From contig DATHCH010000303.1 of assembly GCA_035319625.1 (NCBI GenBank), positions 1-56,039 on the forward strand: a stretch of DNA of 56,039 nucleotides, given 5' to 3'. The first letter of the stretch is position 1, and every line of letters starts with the position of its first letter. The position numbers were made by a program, and so were the translations under genes. This document shows positions 19,457 to 28,930 of this stretch, one piece after another. Source of the DNA: Thermodesulfobacteriota bacterium. Lineage in GTDB: Bacteria; Desulfobacterota; BSN033; UBA1163. The notes under the pieces are model-generated. The model was not told where the DNA came from. It did not search any database and was given only the letters and a program-made list of their open reading frames with translations.

Positions 19457-20557
19457 ATGAAGGGTAGAAAGAGGCTCGATTTTATCCTGCTGTTTGCAGT
19501 CCTTGCGCTCGTGGGAATCGGGATTGTGATGGTTTACAGCACCAGTGCAATCATCGCCGGGGATCGTTTCGGAGACCCTTACTACTTTCTGAAGAGGCAG
19601 GCACTTTACGCAGCGGTGGGTTTCGCTCTGATGCTCGTCATGATGTTCTTGCCCTATGAAATTCTAAGGCGCGTTGCCTATCCCATTCTCATCTTTTCCG
19701 TTCTTCTCTTGGTGGTCGTGTTGGTTCCGGGCATCGGGCACCGAAGCGGTGGGGCGATGCGTTGGCTGAAGATCCAGTCTTTCTCCTTTCAACCTTCGGA
19801 GCTTGCTAAGCTGGGTTTGGTGATCTTTCTTGCGTACCTGTTAGCTAAAAAAGAGGAGAAGATTCGGAGCTTCTCCTTCGGGTTTCTTCCCCCGGTTCTT
19901 CTCTCTGGTCTCGTCATCGCTTTGGTGATGAAGGAACCCGATTTCGGAGCAGCCTTTTTTCTCACCGTGATGGTCTTTCTCCTTCTCTTCGTCAGCGGTG
20001 CCAGGGTGATTTATATTGCGAGTGCCTTTTTGATCGCTATTCCAATGGCTTATGCCCTTTTAATGAATGTGGGATATCGTTATAAGAGGTTGATGAGTTT
20101 CATCCGGCCCTGGGAAGACCCCAGTGGCACGAGTTTCCAAATTATTCAATCCTTCCTCTCCTTTGGCTCTGGAGGCCTGTTCGGGTTAGGGCTGGGAGAA
20201 GGAAAGCAGAAACTCTTCTTCCTTCCCGCTCCCCACACAGACTTCATCTTTTCCGTCATCGGAGAGGAGTTGGGCTTGCTGGGCGCCATGGTGGTTGTGC
20301 TCCTCTTCTTCATTATAGCCCTCAGGGGTATCCAGATCGCGCTTTCCCTCGAGGATCGGTTTGGCGTCTATTTGGCGTTGGGGATTACGTTGATGATTTC
20401 CCTCCAAGCAGCGATCAACATGGGAGTTGTTTTAGGACTCCTCCCTACAAAAGGATTGACGCTCCCCTTCGTCAGCTACGGGGGGACATCCTTGATCGCC
20501 AATTTGGCTGGGGTGGGGATACTTCTTCACCTTTCGACCCATGCGGAACGACGATGA
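19457..20557 (+). CDS. ftsW: SEDS-family peptidoglycan glycosyltransferase FtsW
   Basis: Ten-TM-type profile with the LPAPHTDFIFSVIGEELG motif. Confidence 0.92.
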   Translation: MKGRKRLDFILLFAVLALVGIGIVMVYSTSAIIAGDRFGDPYYFLKRQALYAAVGFALMLVMMFLPYEILRRVAYPILIFSVLLLVVVLVPGIGHRSGGAMRWLKIQSFSFQPSELAKLGLVIFLAYLLAKKEEKIRSFSFGFLPPVLLSGLVIALVMKEPDFGAAFFLTVMVFLLLFVSGARVIYIASAFLIAIPMAYALLMNVGYRYKRLMSFIRPWEDPSGTSFQIIQSFLSFGSGGLFGLGLGEGKQKLFFLPAPHTDFIFSVIGEELGLLGAMVVVLLFFIIALRGIQIALSLEDRFGVYLALGITLMISLQAAINMGVVLGLLPTKGLTLPFVSYGGTSLIANLAGVGILLHLSTHAERR

Positions 20558-21642
20558 AGTGTGTGATCGCCGGAGGAGGTACAGGAGGTCATCTTTTCCC
20601 GGGCATGGCAATTGCCGAGGCATTCGTTGAAAGAGAGAAAGGGAACGAAGTTTTATTTATTGGAACGGAAAGGGGGATCGAAGCCAAAGTTTTGCCAGGA
20701 GGGAAATTTCCGCTGAAGATGATTCAAGCGAAACCCATTCAGGGAAAATCTCTTCTGGGAAAGGCTAAAGCCATCCGGAGCTTACCGATGGCCGTCTGCG
20801 AAGCTTATTCGATCCTGAAAGAGTTTCAACCCCATTTCGTATTGGGCGTAGGGGGATATGCCTCCGGGCCCACTCTGTTGGCCGCATTCCTTCTCGGAAT
20901 GAAGAGGGCCATCCAGGAACAGAACGTGATGCCTGGAATGACGAATCGGATTCTAAAATGGTTTAGCCAACGGATCTTCGTCTCCTTCGAAGAGGCGAAA
21001 AAATACTTCCCTGAGAAGAAAACCCTTGTGACTGGAAATCCGATCAGGAAAGAATTCCTTGCCCTTGTAAGGGAAGACAGGCGGTTGGTGAAGAAAGAGG
21101 ATCGATTTACCCTTCTTATCTTTGGAGGAAGTGCAGGGGCACACCGGATCAATCAGGCGATGATAGAAGCTCTGGATCACCTTCAAGGAATCAAGTCCTC
21201 CCTAAAAATCATCCATCAAACCGGAAAAGAAGATCTCGATTTTGTATCAAGGAAGTATCGAGAAAGAGGGTTTGAAGCGTTGGTCAGGCCTTTCTTTGAA
21301 GACCTCGCCTCCTACTACCAGATCTCTGATCTGGTCATCTGCAGGTCAGGAGCGAGTACCGTGGCTGAGCTGGCGGTCTGCGGAAAAGCCGCCCTCCTCA
21401 TCCCTTATCCTTATGCGGCCCATGACCATCAATTGATCAACGCCAAGAAATTAGTGGATCTGGGTGCGGCCAAAATGATTTTAGATCAGGAGTTAAGTGG
21501 AGGAACCATCGTCCCAATGATCCTTCGTTTTTACGAGCATCCGGAGGAGCGTGTTAGAATGGAAGAGGCGATTCGACGGCTGGGGAGACCAAGGGCAGCA
21601 GAAGAGATAGTGGATCATTGTTATGCGTTGGTTGCGGGATAA
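20554..21642 (+). CDS. murG: undecaprenyldiphospho-muramoylpentapeptide beta-N-acetylglucosaminyltransferase
   Basis: GGTGGHLFPG motif and C-terminal ICRSGASTVAELA. Confidence 0.93.
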   Translation: MKCVIAGGGTGGHLFPGMAIAEAFVEREKGNEVLFIGTERGIEAKVLPGGKFPLKMIQAKPIQGKSLLGKAKAIRSLPMAVCEAYSILKEFQPHFVLGVGGYASGPTLLAAFLLGMKRAIQEQNVMPGMTNRILKWFSQRIFVSFEEAKKYFPEKKTLVTGNPIRKEFLALVREDRRLVKKEDRFTLLIFGGSAGAHRINQAMIEALDHLQGIKSSLKIIHQTGKEDLDFVSRKYRERGFEALVRPFFEDLASYYQISDLVICRSGASTVAELAVCGKAALLIPYPYAAHDHQLINAKKLVDLGAAKMILDQELSGGTIVPMILRFYEHPEERVRMEEAIRRLGRPRAAEEIVDHCYALVAG

Positions 21643-21643
21643 A

Positions 21644-21772
21644 ATGTCAAATGCCGAAGTTCAAGGTCAAAGGAGATTGAAAGTCCGAAGTTTCAAATAC
21701 CAAATTTAGACACAGAGTATTTTGGCATTTGGCAATCATTTGACATTTGAATTTTGACATTTGAACTTCAGG
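21644..21772. repeat. word-repeat hairpin (TCAAA / TTTGA words, ~130 nt), murG-murC spacer
   Basis: ATGTCAAATGCCGAAGTTCAAGGTCAAAGG...TTTCAAATACCAAA - loop - TTTGGCATTTGGCAATCATTTGACATTTGAATTTTGACATTTGAACTTCAGG. Confidence 0.65.
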
Positions 21773-21779
21773 TTTAAGA

Positions 21780-23150
21780 ATGTACCGAAGAGGGAAGATC
21801 CAGCATATTCATTTTGTGGGCATCGGCGGAATCGGCATGAGCGGGATTGCCGAGGTGTTACTCAATCTCGGTTACCATATCAGCGGGTCCGACATCAAGG
21901 AGACAGAGGTGACCCGAAGACTGCGGTCTTTGGGGTGCGAAATTTCCTACGGCCACCGGAGGGAGAATTTGAAAGAGGCGGACGTGGTGGTCATCTCCTC
22001 AGCCATCCGGCCACAAAACCCCGAGGTCAAGGCCGCCGAAGAGAGACTCATCCCCGTCATCCCAAGGGCAGAGATGCTGGCAGAGCTGATGCGAATGAAA
22101 ATCGGGATTGCGATCGCAGGGACCCACGGCAAGACGACGACCACCTCCCTCATTTCGACTGTTTTGGCGGCGGGCGGTCTGGATCCCACGGTTGTGATCG
22201 GCGGGCGGCTCAACAGCATCGGAAGCAATGCGAGGCTGGGGCAGGGTGAATTCCTGGTGGCCGAAGCCGATGAGAGCGATGGCTCCTTTCTCAAACTGAT
22301 GCCCACCATTGCCGTGGTGACCAACATCGACCCGGACCATCTTGATTATTATAAAGGCATCGACGAGATCAAAGAGACTTTCCTCTGCTTTTTGAACAAG
22401 ATTCCATTTTTCGGATTGGCCGTGCTCTGCCTCGATCATCCGAACATCCAGAGCCTTCTTCCGAGGTTGAAGAAACGCTTTACCACTTACGGGTTAACCC
22501 CGCAGGCTGACTTCCAGGCCAAGGAGATTATATTCGAAGGGCTCTCTAGCTCCTTCGATGTGATCCGCCAGCGTCAGGAAATAGGCAGACTGAGCCTCCA
22601 GATGCCGGGGCTCCACAATGTCTACAATGCCCTCGCGGCCTTGGCCACCGCTTTTGAACTGGATATTCCCTTCCGGGTCGTCCAGGAAACGCTGCGCGAT
22701 TTTAGCGGGATTCAGAGACGGTTCCAGATCAAAGGAGAGAAGAAGGGAGTCCTCGTTGTGGATGATTATGGTCATCATCCTGTGGAGATTATGGCCACGC
22801 TGAAGGCAGCACGGACCGGCTGGGGGAAAAGAATCATCGCCGTATTTCAGCCTCATCGGTACACGAGAACGCAGGCCCTGTTCAAGGAATTTCTCACGGC
22901 TTTTTATGACGCCGATGTCCTCATTCTTACCGAGATCTACCCCGCAGGAGAGGATCGGATAGAAGGCGTGGAATCGAAAACCCTCTTTGAGGGACTCCGG
23001 GAGTACGGCCATAAAGACGTGACTTATTTAGCCGATAAGAGGGAAATCGTCGAGCATCTTCTCCGTATTATCTCTCCGGGGGATCTGGTGATCACCCTGG
23101 GAGCAGGAGACATCTGGCAGGTTTCAGAGGAGTTAGTGAAACAATTATAA
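21780..23150 (+). CDS. murC: UDP-N-acetylmuramate--L-alanine ligase
   Basis: [14 protein letters not shown] and [11 protein letters not shown] motifs. Confidence 0.93.
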   Translation: MYRRGKIQHIHFVGIGGIGMSGIAEVLLNLGYHISGSDIKETEVTRRLRSLGCEISYGHRRENLKEADVVVISSAIRPQNPEVKAAEERLIPVIPRAEMLAELMRMKIGIAIAGTHGKTTTTSLISTVLAAGGLDPTVVIGGRLNSIGSNARLGQGEFLVAEADESDGSFLKLMPTIAVVTNIDPDHLDYYKGIDEIKETFLCFLNKIPFFGLAVLCLDHPNIQSLLPRLKKRFTTYGLTPQADFQAKEIIFEGLSSSFDVIRQRQEIGRLSLQMPGLHNVYNALAALATAFELDIPFRVVQETLRDFSGIQRRFQIKGEKKGVLVVDDYGHHPVEIMATLKAARTGWGKRIIAVFQPHRYTRTQALFKEFLTAFYDADVLILTEIYPAGEDRIEGVESKTLFEGLREYGHKDVTYLADKREIVEHLLRIISPGDLVITLGAGDIWQVSEELVKQL

Positions 23151-23152
23151 GC

Positions 23153-23228
23153 AGTTCGGAGTGATGAGTTCGGAGTTCGGAGAAATATATAGAAACTCCG
23201 AACTCAAAACCCCTAACTCCGAACTCAG
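23153..23228. repeat. word-repeat hairpin (GTTCGGAG / CTCCGAAC words), murC-murB spacer
   Basis: AGTTCGGAGTGATGAGTTCGGAGTTCGGAG - aaatatataga - AACTCCGAACTCAAAACCCCTAACTCCGAACTC. Same word as the murD-ftsW hairpin but not the same sequence. Confidence 0.65.
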
Positions 23229-23239
23229 ACGCGAAGCGG

Positions 23240-24145
23240 ATGCAAAAGGACTACAGAAAATGGGCGTCGGGGTTGATCAAGGGAAAGGTTCTTTTCGATG
23301 CGCCGATGAGACAGTTTACATCGATGCAGGTGGGAGGCCCTGCGGACAGCCTTTTGTTTCCCAGAAATGTGGACGAGCTGAAAAAGGTAGTCCGTTACGC
23401 AAGGAGAAAAAAAATTCCGTTCTTGATTTTAGGGAGGGGGACAAATTTAGTGGTGAGGGATAGAGGGGTTCGTGGATGGGTAATCAGTTTAGCCAAAGGG
23501 ATGAAAAAGATTCAGATGGACGGAGAGGTCGTAGACGCGGAAGCGGGCCTCTCCCTGCAACGGCTGGTCCAATTCTCCGTCCGGAAGGGACTCACGGGGC
23601 TCGAACCCTTCTTCGGTATTCCCGGAACGGTGGGAGGGGGTTTGGCGATGAACGCCGGAGCCTGGGGTGCCGAATTGAAGGATGTGCTTCTTTCGGTGAC
23701 GTTGATGAAGGAAGACGGAGAAATTGTGAAGAGGTCCCGTTCGAGGCTTCGATTCTCTTATCGAGGGTTGGCCATCCCCTCTTCTTGGATTATTCTCAAG
23801 GGCCGATTTAAGCTGAAGACGGGCAAGAAGGAAGAAATTCTTGAACGGGTGAAATGTTATTCGGAGATGAGGAAGAAAAAGCAACCCTTGGACTATCCCA
23901 GTGCGGGGTCCATTTTCAAAAATCCGAAAGAAGGCCCCGCAGGAAAATGGATTGAAGAAGCTGGGCTGAAGGGGTTTCGGATAGGTCGGGCGATGGTTTC
24001 AGAGCGGCATGCCAATTTTATCATCAATCTGGGAAAGGCCAAGGCCGAAGAGGTGATCCGGTTGATGGAGTTCATTGAAAAACTGATTCATGAAGAAAAG
24101 GGCATCTCCCTTGAAAGGGAGGTGAAGGTGGTAGGCGAGGCGTGA
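23240..24145 (+). CDS. murB: UDP-N-acetylenolpyruvoylglucosamine reductase
   Basis: FAD-binding domain (GRGTNLVV) and C-terminal SERHANFIIN. Confidence 0.92.
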   Translation: MQKDYRKWASGLIKGKVLFDAPMRQFTSMQVGGPADSLLFPRNVDELKKVVRYARRKKIPFLILGRGTNLVVRDRGVRGWVISLAKGMKKIQMDGEVVDAEAGLSLQRLVQFSVRKGLTGLEPFFGIPGTVGGGLAMNAGAWGAELKDVLLSVTLMKEDGEIVKRSRSRLRFSYRGLAIPSSWIILKGRFKLKTGKKEEILERVKCYSEMRKKKQPLDYPSAGSIFKNPKEGPAGKWIEEAGLKGFRIGRAMVSERHANFIINLGKAKAEEVIRLMEFIEKLIHEEKGISLEREVKVVGEA

Positions 24146-24147
24146 TG

Positions 24148-24207
24148 CGGATTTCGGAATGCAAACTCCGAAATAAATTTTGCATGATGGGTTCGTCACT
24201 CACGAAC
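24148..24207. repeat. short interleaved hairpins, murB-ddl spacer
   Basis: TTTCGGA..TCCGAAA interleaved with ATGCAAA..TTTTGCAT, then GTTCGT-cactc-ACGAAC. Confidence 0.5.
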
Positions 24208-24223
24208 GATGAAAATTACCCAG

Positions 24224-24323
24224 GATTATCCTCCCCCTTAGTGGGGGAGGAGCGAGGTGGGGGTGAATATGGTATGGCCCCCCTCACCCCCGCCCTCTCC
24301 CGCGAGGGGAGAGGGGGATAATC
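24224..24323. repeat. 100-bp GC-rich triple-hairpin element closed by GATTATC / GATAATC
   Basis: CCTCCCCC-ttag-TGGGGGAGG; GGTGGGGGTGA...TCACCCCCGCC; CCCTCTCCC-gcga-GGGGAGAGGG. Confidence 0.6.
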
Positions 24324-24366
24324 GAGTTATTTTCGACGTAAACGGTGGGGTTTTGGCGCCAGGGAG

Positions 24367-25311
24367 ATGAAAGAGCCATCGGTCAAGAAGAAGAAAATAG
24401 GGGTGATGATGGGCGGTCTTTCCAGGGAGAGAGAGATTTCCCTGAAGACGGGCAAGGCCATCTTGAAGGCTCTTACGGAGAAGGGGTATACGGCGGCCCC
24501 GATCGATGTGGGAGACGATATAGCAGAAAAATTGGTCAAAGAAAAGATTGAGTGTGCCTTTTTGGCTCTGCACGGAAGATTTGGAGAAGATGGAACCGTT
24601 CAGGGGATGTTGGAGTTGATGAGAATTCCCTACACCGGGTCAGGAGTTCTGGCCAGCGCTTTGGCCATGCACAAAGTCATGTCCAAGAAATTCTTCCTTT
24701 GTGAAAAGATTCCAACTCCTCGTTATGAGGTTTTTCAACGAGAGAAGATCAAGGAAGATCTGCCTGAAAGAATTTCCCTTCCCCTGCCGGTCGTGGTCAA
24801 ACCGGCCAGAGAGGGGTCGACGATCGGTGTTTCAATCGTTCGGGAGGATGAAGAGCTGGGCCCTGCGCTGACGAGGGCAGCAGAATACGATGAGGAGATA
24901 TTGGTAGAAGAATTTATGAAAGGGAGGGAGATCACCGTCGGCATTCTTGAAAACATTCCTCTACCCGTCATTGAGATCGCCCCCAAGAGCGGCTTCTACG
25001 ATTACCATTCTAAATATACAAAGGGTGAGACTCAGTACATTCTCCCGGCTCGGATTCCGAGAGAAAAGTACCTCTATGCGCAAGAGATAAGCCTCAGAGC
25101 CTTTCAAGAGCTGGATTGTTCTGGTGTGGCGAGGGTCGATCTGATGACCGATGAAAATGAAAATCCGTTTGTGGTTGACATCAACACCATGCCCGGCATG
25201 ACCGAGACGAGTCTCTTGCCCATGGCGGCCAATTATGCCGGCATTCCATTTGAAGATTTAGTTGAACGCATTTTGTTAGGGGCTTCTTTAAAAATGGGGG
25301 GTGGAACGTAG
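24367..25311 (+). CDS. ddl: D-alanine--D-alanine ligase
   Basis: ATP-grasp fold. ALHGRFGEDGTVQG and VDINTMPGMTETSLLP motifs. Confidence 0.93.
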   Translation: MKEPSVKKKKIGVMMGGLSREREISLKTGKAILKALTEKGYTAAPIDVGDDIAEKLVKEKIECAFLALHGRFGEDGTVQGMLELMRIPYTGSGVLASALAMHKVMSKKFFLCEKIPTPRYEVFQREKIKEDLPERISLPLPVVVKPAREGSTIGVSIVREDEELGPALTRAAEYDEEILVEEFMKGREITVGILENIPLPVIEIAPKSGFYDYHSKYTKGETQYILPARIPREKYLYAQEISLRAFQELDCSGVARVDLMTDENENPFVVDINTMPGMTETSLLPMAANYAGIPFEDLVERILLGASLKMGGGT

Positions 25312-25326
25312 TAACTGGAGGGTGGA

Positions 25327-25400
25327 AAGTGGAAAGTAGAACGTGGAAGTTAAATGTTTAGAAACCACTATCCACGCTCAACGCTCCACATTCGAGGGGT
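25327..25400. repeat. word-repeat hairpin (GTGGAAA / CCAC words), ddl-ftsQ spacer
   Basis: GGAGGGTGGAAAGTGGAAAGTAGAACGTGGAAG - loop - AACCACTATCCACGCTCAACGCTCCACATTCG. Confidence 0.6.
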
Positions 25401-25401
25401 G

Positions 25402-26235
25402 ATGGGAGAGACAGTTAAAGTACGAGAGGGAAAGTTTCTCCGACCAAAAGCGGGAAGGGAAGAGAAAGGAGCGGGAAAATTTCTGAGGATCTTGAAAAAA
25501 ACAATCCGGGTGGCTTTTCACCTTCTTCTTCTCTCTTTTTTCCTCCTGGTCAGCCATTGGATTTATGTCCGCCTCTTGGGGGATCCCTGTTTTCGAGTGA
25601 GGGAAGTCGAGGTGGAAGGAGGTCGAAAGATTCCGAAAGAGACTCTTCTCTCTCTGACGGTGATCGATGGAATGCCCAATCTCTTCTCGGTCAAGTTGAA
25701 GGAGGTTGTCAAGCGATTGGAATCCCATCCCTGGATTGAGCAGGTCCGGGTGATGAAGGTCTTTCCCCATAAGATATTGATTCAGATAGAAGAGAAGAAA
25801 CCGATGGCTATCATTCAATTGGAAGAGCTTTACTATATCGATACCAAAGGGGAGATATTTTCTCCCGTAGGAGATAGAGATGAATACAACTATCCCTATC
25901 TCACTGGTTTGACCCGCCGGGTTTTGGAAAAAGATCCAGTGGAAGCGAAGTACCTGATCGCCAAGGCCCTGGAGATTTTGAGAATCGCGGGACAAGAAAA
26001 ATTGCCTCCCCTTGAGGAAATATCTGAGATCCATATGGAAAAGGTGTATGGAATCGATTGTATTACCAAAGCAGAAGGGGTGGAGGTCAAAATGGGATGG
26101 GACGACTTTGGAGAGAAGCTGCAACGATTGTCTCTCATCTGGGCGGACCTTCGGAAGAGAGGGTTTTCAGCGGCTTCGATTGACTGCAGTGACTTGAAAC
26201 GAATGCTGGTTAAAAGGGTCCCCTCAGGGGGTTGA
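25402..26235 (+). CDS. ftsQ: cell division protein FtsQ
   Basis: TM helix VAFHLLLLSFFLLVSHWIYV, then POTRA (VREVEVEGGRKIPKETLL) and the FtsQ domain. Start moved past the hairpin. Confidence 0.85.
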   Translation: MGETVKVREGKFLRPKAGREEKGAGKFLRILKKTIRVAFHLLLLSFFLLVSHWIYVRLLGDPCFRVREVEVEGGRKIPKETLLSLTVIDGMPNLFSVKLKEVVKRLESHPWIEQVRVMKVFPHKILIQIEEKKPMAIIQLEELYYIDTKGEIFSPVGDRDEYNYPYLTGLTRRVLEKDPVEAKYLIAKALEILRIAGQEKLPPLEEISEIHMEKVYGIDCITKAEGVEVKMGWDDFGEKLQRLSLIWADLRKRGFSAASIDCSDLKRMLVKRVPSGG

Positions 26236-26251
26236 AAGGAGGTGATGAAAG

Positions 26252-27478
26252 GTGGCAAAGAAGGATTCGTTGGTAGTCGGGTTGGATATCGGGACGACCA
26301 AGATCTGTACCGTGGTCGGAGAAATTTCTGACAGTCAGGTCAACATCATCGGCCTCGGGACGTTTCCATCGAAGGGATTGCGAAAAGGTGTGGTCATCAA
26401 TATCGAGAGCACCGTCCATTCGATCAAAAAGGCGGTTGAAGAAGCGGAGTTGATGGCAGGATACCATCTCACCTCAGTCTATGCAGGAATCGCGGGCGGG
26501 CATATCAAAGGGATTAACAGCCACGGGGTGATCGCCGTAAAAAACAGAGAGATCGGTCCGAATGATGTGAAGCGAGTGATCGATGCCGCCAGCGCTGTGG
26601 CCATGCCCATGGATCGAGAGGTGATTCACATCATTCCTCAGGAATTCATCGTAGATGATCAGGATGGAATCAAAGATCCGGTGGGGATGTCAGGGGTACG
26701 ACTGGAGGGAAGAGTTCATATCGTCACCGGTGCGATTACCTCTGCCCAGAACATCATTAAATGCGCCAACAAGGCCGGGCTGGATGTGGACGACATTGTT
26801 TTGGAGCAGTTGGGGTCGAGCGAAGCGGTCCTCACTTCTGAGGAGAAGGATCTGGGAGTGGCCATCATCGATATCGGAGGCGGAACGACGGATCTGGTGA
26901 TCTTTTCAAACGGTGCCATCAAACATACATCTGTTTTTTCCCTGGCAGGAAGTCATATCACAAACGATATCTCGATGGGACTTCGGACACCGGTGGAGGA
27001 AGCAGAGAAGATCAAAATAAGATACGGATGTGCCCTGACTTCTTTGGTTCGGAAGGATGAAACCATTGAAGTTCCCAGTGTGGGGGGCAGGAAGCCTCGT
27101 GTCCTCTCCAGGCAGACCTTGGCGGAGATTGTCGAACCCAGGGTCGAGGAAATTCTCACCTTAGTTCATAACGAAGTGGTCAGGACGGGATTTGCCAATC
27201 TGCTCGCCTCTGGAATTGTCTTCACCGGCGGGAGCGCCATCCTGGAAGGTGTTCCTGAGTTGGCCGAGCAGATTTTTAATCTGCCTGTTCGGAGAGGGGA
27301 GCCCGTCGGCATCGGAGGATTGGTAGATCTGGTCGCGAGTCCAATGTATGCAACCGGAGTGGGTCTGGTTCTTTATGGAAGTCGAAAGAAAGGGCAGAGT
27401 CGGTTTAAGGTAGGCGAGGGGAACATCTTCAGCAAAGTCACGCATCGGATGAGGGAATGGATTGAAGAATTTTTCTAA
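26252..27478 (+). CDS. ftsA: cell division protein FtsA
   Basis: Actin-fold motif VVGLDIGTTKICTVVGE and IDIGGGTTD. GTG start with AAGGAGGTGA SD. Confidence 0.93.
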   Translation: MAKKDSLVVGLDIGTTKICTVVGEISDSQVNIIGLGTFPSKGLRKGVVINIESTVHSIKKAVEEAELMAGYHLTSVYAGIAGGHIKGINSHGVIAVKNREIGPNDVKRVIDAASAVAMPMDREVIHIIPQEFIVDDQDGIKDPVGMSGVRLEGRVHIVTGAITSAQNIIKCANKAGLDVDDIVLEQLGSSEAVLTSEEKDLGVAIIDIGGGTTDLVIFSNGAIKHTSVFSLAGSHITNDISMGLRTPVEEAEKIKIRYGCALTSLVRKDETIEVPSVGGRKPRVLSRQTLAEIVEPRVEEILTLVHNEVVRTGFANLLASGIVFTGGSAILEGVPELAEQIFNLPVRRGEPVGIGGLVDLVASPMYATGVGLVLYGSRKKGQSRFKVGEGNIFSKVTHRMREWIEEFF

Positions 27479-27494
27479 CGACCGGAGGATTCAT

Positions 27495-27590
27495 GGGGTC
27501 AAGGGTTCAAGGGGCCAAGTGGAACGCATAGGAACAAAACCAAATGATCACGAAACACTCGAACCCGTGAACCCTCGAATCCTTGAACAC
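27495..27590. repeat. word-repeat hairpin (CAAGGG/TTCAAGG vs CCTTGAA/CCCTCGA words), ftsA-ftsZ spacer
   Basis: GGGGTCAAGGGTTCAAGGGGCCAAGTGG - loop - CACTCGAACCCGTGAACCCTCGAATCCTTGAACAC. Confidence 0.6.
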
Positions 27591-27611
27591 TTTAACTAAA
27601 GGAGGAAGGAT

Positions 27612-28817
27612 ATGATCGAATTCGACGAAAATAAAAATTTAGCCGCCAAGGTCAAGATCATCGGAATTGGAGGAGGAGGGAACAATGCCCTGAATACCAT
27701 GATTTCCTACCAGCTCTCCGGTGTTGAGTTTATCGCAGCCAATACCGATGCGCAGGCGTTGGCGGCAAATATGGCCCCCATGAAATTGCAATTGGGCGAG
27801 AACTTGACCAAGGGTCTGGGAGCCGGAGCCAATCCGGAGATAGGAAGGAAGGCTGCTCTTGAGGATGTGGAGAAAATTCGTGAGGCCCTAAAAGGGTCAG
27901 ACATGGTCTTCATCACATCCGGGTTGGGCGGCGGGACCGGAACGGGCGGCGCGCCGGTGATTGCCGAAGTGGCGCGTGAAATGGGTGCCCTCACCGTGGC
28001 GATCGTGACCAAACCTTTCCATTTCGAAGGAAAGAAGAGGATGAGCCAGGCGGAAGAAGGGTTGGCTAACTTGAAGATGACGGCGGATGCCCTCATCACC
28101 ATCCCGAACCAGCGGCTCCTCGGCATCAGCGGGAAGAGCATGACGCTGCTGGAGGCTTTTAAAAGGGCAGATGAGGTCCTCTATCATGCTGCGAAAGGGA
28201 TCTCGGATATCATCGTCGGCCATGGAATTATCAATCTGGACTTTGCCGATGTCCGGACCGTCATGGTTGAGACAGGAATGGCATTGATGGGGACGGGAAT
28301 TGCTTCGGGCGAGAATCGATCGCTAGAAGCTGCTCAAAGAGCGATTTCCAGCCCTCTCCTGGAAGATATCACGATCGAAGGGGCTCGGGGCCTTCTCATC
28401 AACATCACCGGAGGAGAGAATATGACCCTCAGCGAAATCAACGAGGCAACGACTCTCGTTCAGAAGGAAGCCCATGAAGATGCCACGGTGATCTGGGGGA
28501 TGGTGGTTGACAAAACCATGAAGGAAGAGATTCGGGTGACCGTGATCGCTACGGGTTTCGGAAAGAAGGAGGATAAGAGAACAGCGCAGTTTAGGAAAAT
28601 AGCTCCTATCTCATTTGGCCTACGGGAGCAAAATAAGGACATGCCACGGTTCTCCTTCGGCGACAGAGAGAATAATAGGGATATCCCCGCTTTTATGAGG
28701 AGGGGAAAGGCCAGCGAGCGTTTCGATGAGCTCAAATTGGATCCGCCGTCGGATTTCTCTATGGAGGATGAGGATCGTTTTGACATCCCCACTTTCTTAA
28801 GAAAACAGGCCGACTGA
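27612..28817 (+). CDS. ftsZ: cell division GTPase FtsZ
   Basis: GGGTGTGGAP tubulin signature, NTDAQAL, and the conserved C-terminal peptide DIPTFLRKQ. Confidence 0.96.
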   Translation: MIEFDENKNLAAKVKIIGIGGGGNNALNTMISYQLSGVEFIAANTDAQALAANMAPMKLQLGENLTKGLGAGANPEIGRKAALEDVEKIREALKGSDMVFITSGLGGGTGTGGAPVIAEVAREMGALTVAIVTKPFHFEGKKRMSQAEEGLANLKMTADALITIPNQRLLGISGKSMTLLEAFKRADEVLYHAAKGISDIIVGHGIINLDFADVRTVMVETGMALMGTGIASGENRSLEAAQRAISSPLLEDITIEGARGLLINITGGENMTLSEINEATTLVQKEAHEDATVIWGMVVDKTMKEEIRVTVIATGFGKKEDKRTAQFRKIAPISFGLREQNKDMPRFSFGDRENNRDIPAFMRRGKASERFDELKLDPPSDFSMEDEDRFDIPTFLRKQAD

Positions 28818-28821
28818 ATTT

Positions 28822-28925
28822 AGTGGGTGGCCAGTGGTAGAGGGTGAGTGGTAAAAAAAGTTACATGAGTAGTTAAAATTCTGTTATATTGAATTTGCCA
28901 CTTTCTACATTCCACTATCCACTTA
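28822..28925. repeat. word-repeat hairpin (GTGG / CCAC words) after ftsZ
   Basis: AGTGGGTGGCCAGTGGTAGAGGGTGAGTGG - AT-rich loop - GCCACTTTCTACATTCCACTATCCACTTA. Confidence 0.6.
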
Positions 28926-28930
28926 CGAAG

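Noticed and set aside
25327-25360. GTGG-containing words upstream of ftsQ and after ftsZ as additional MraZ operators.
   Set aside because: The period is ~7 nt rather than the 10-nt phasing seen at 10054-10083. They are also one arm of a hairpin with a complementary CCAC arm.
10561-28925. Tandem short words in the spacers (TTCGGAG, GTGGAAA, GGAATATTGG and others) looked at first like mini CRISPR arrays or satellites.
   Set aside because: The copies are 6-10 nt, irregular, and always paired with complementary copies a few tens of nt away, which makes them hairpin arms. There is no repeat-spacer periodicity and no cas genes in the window.
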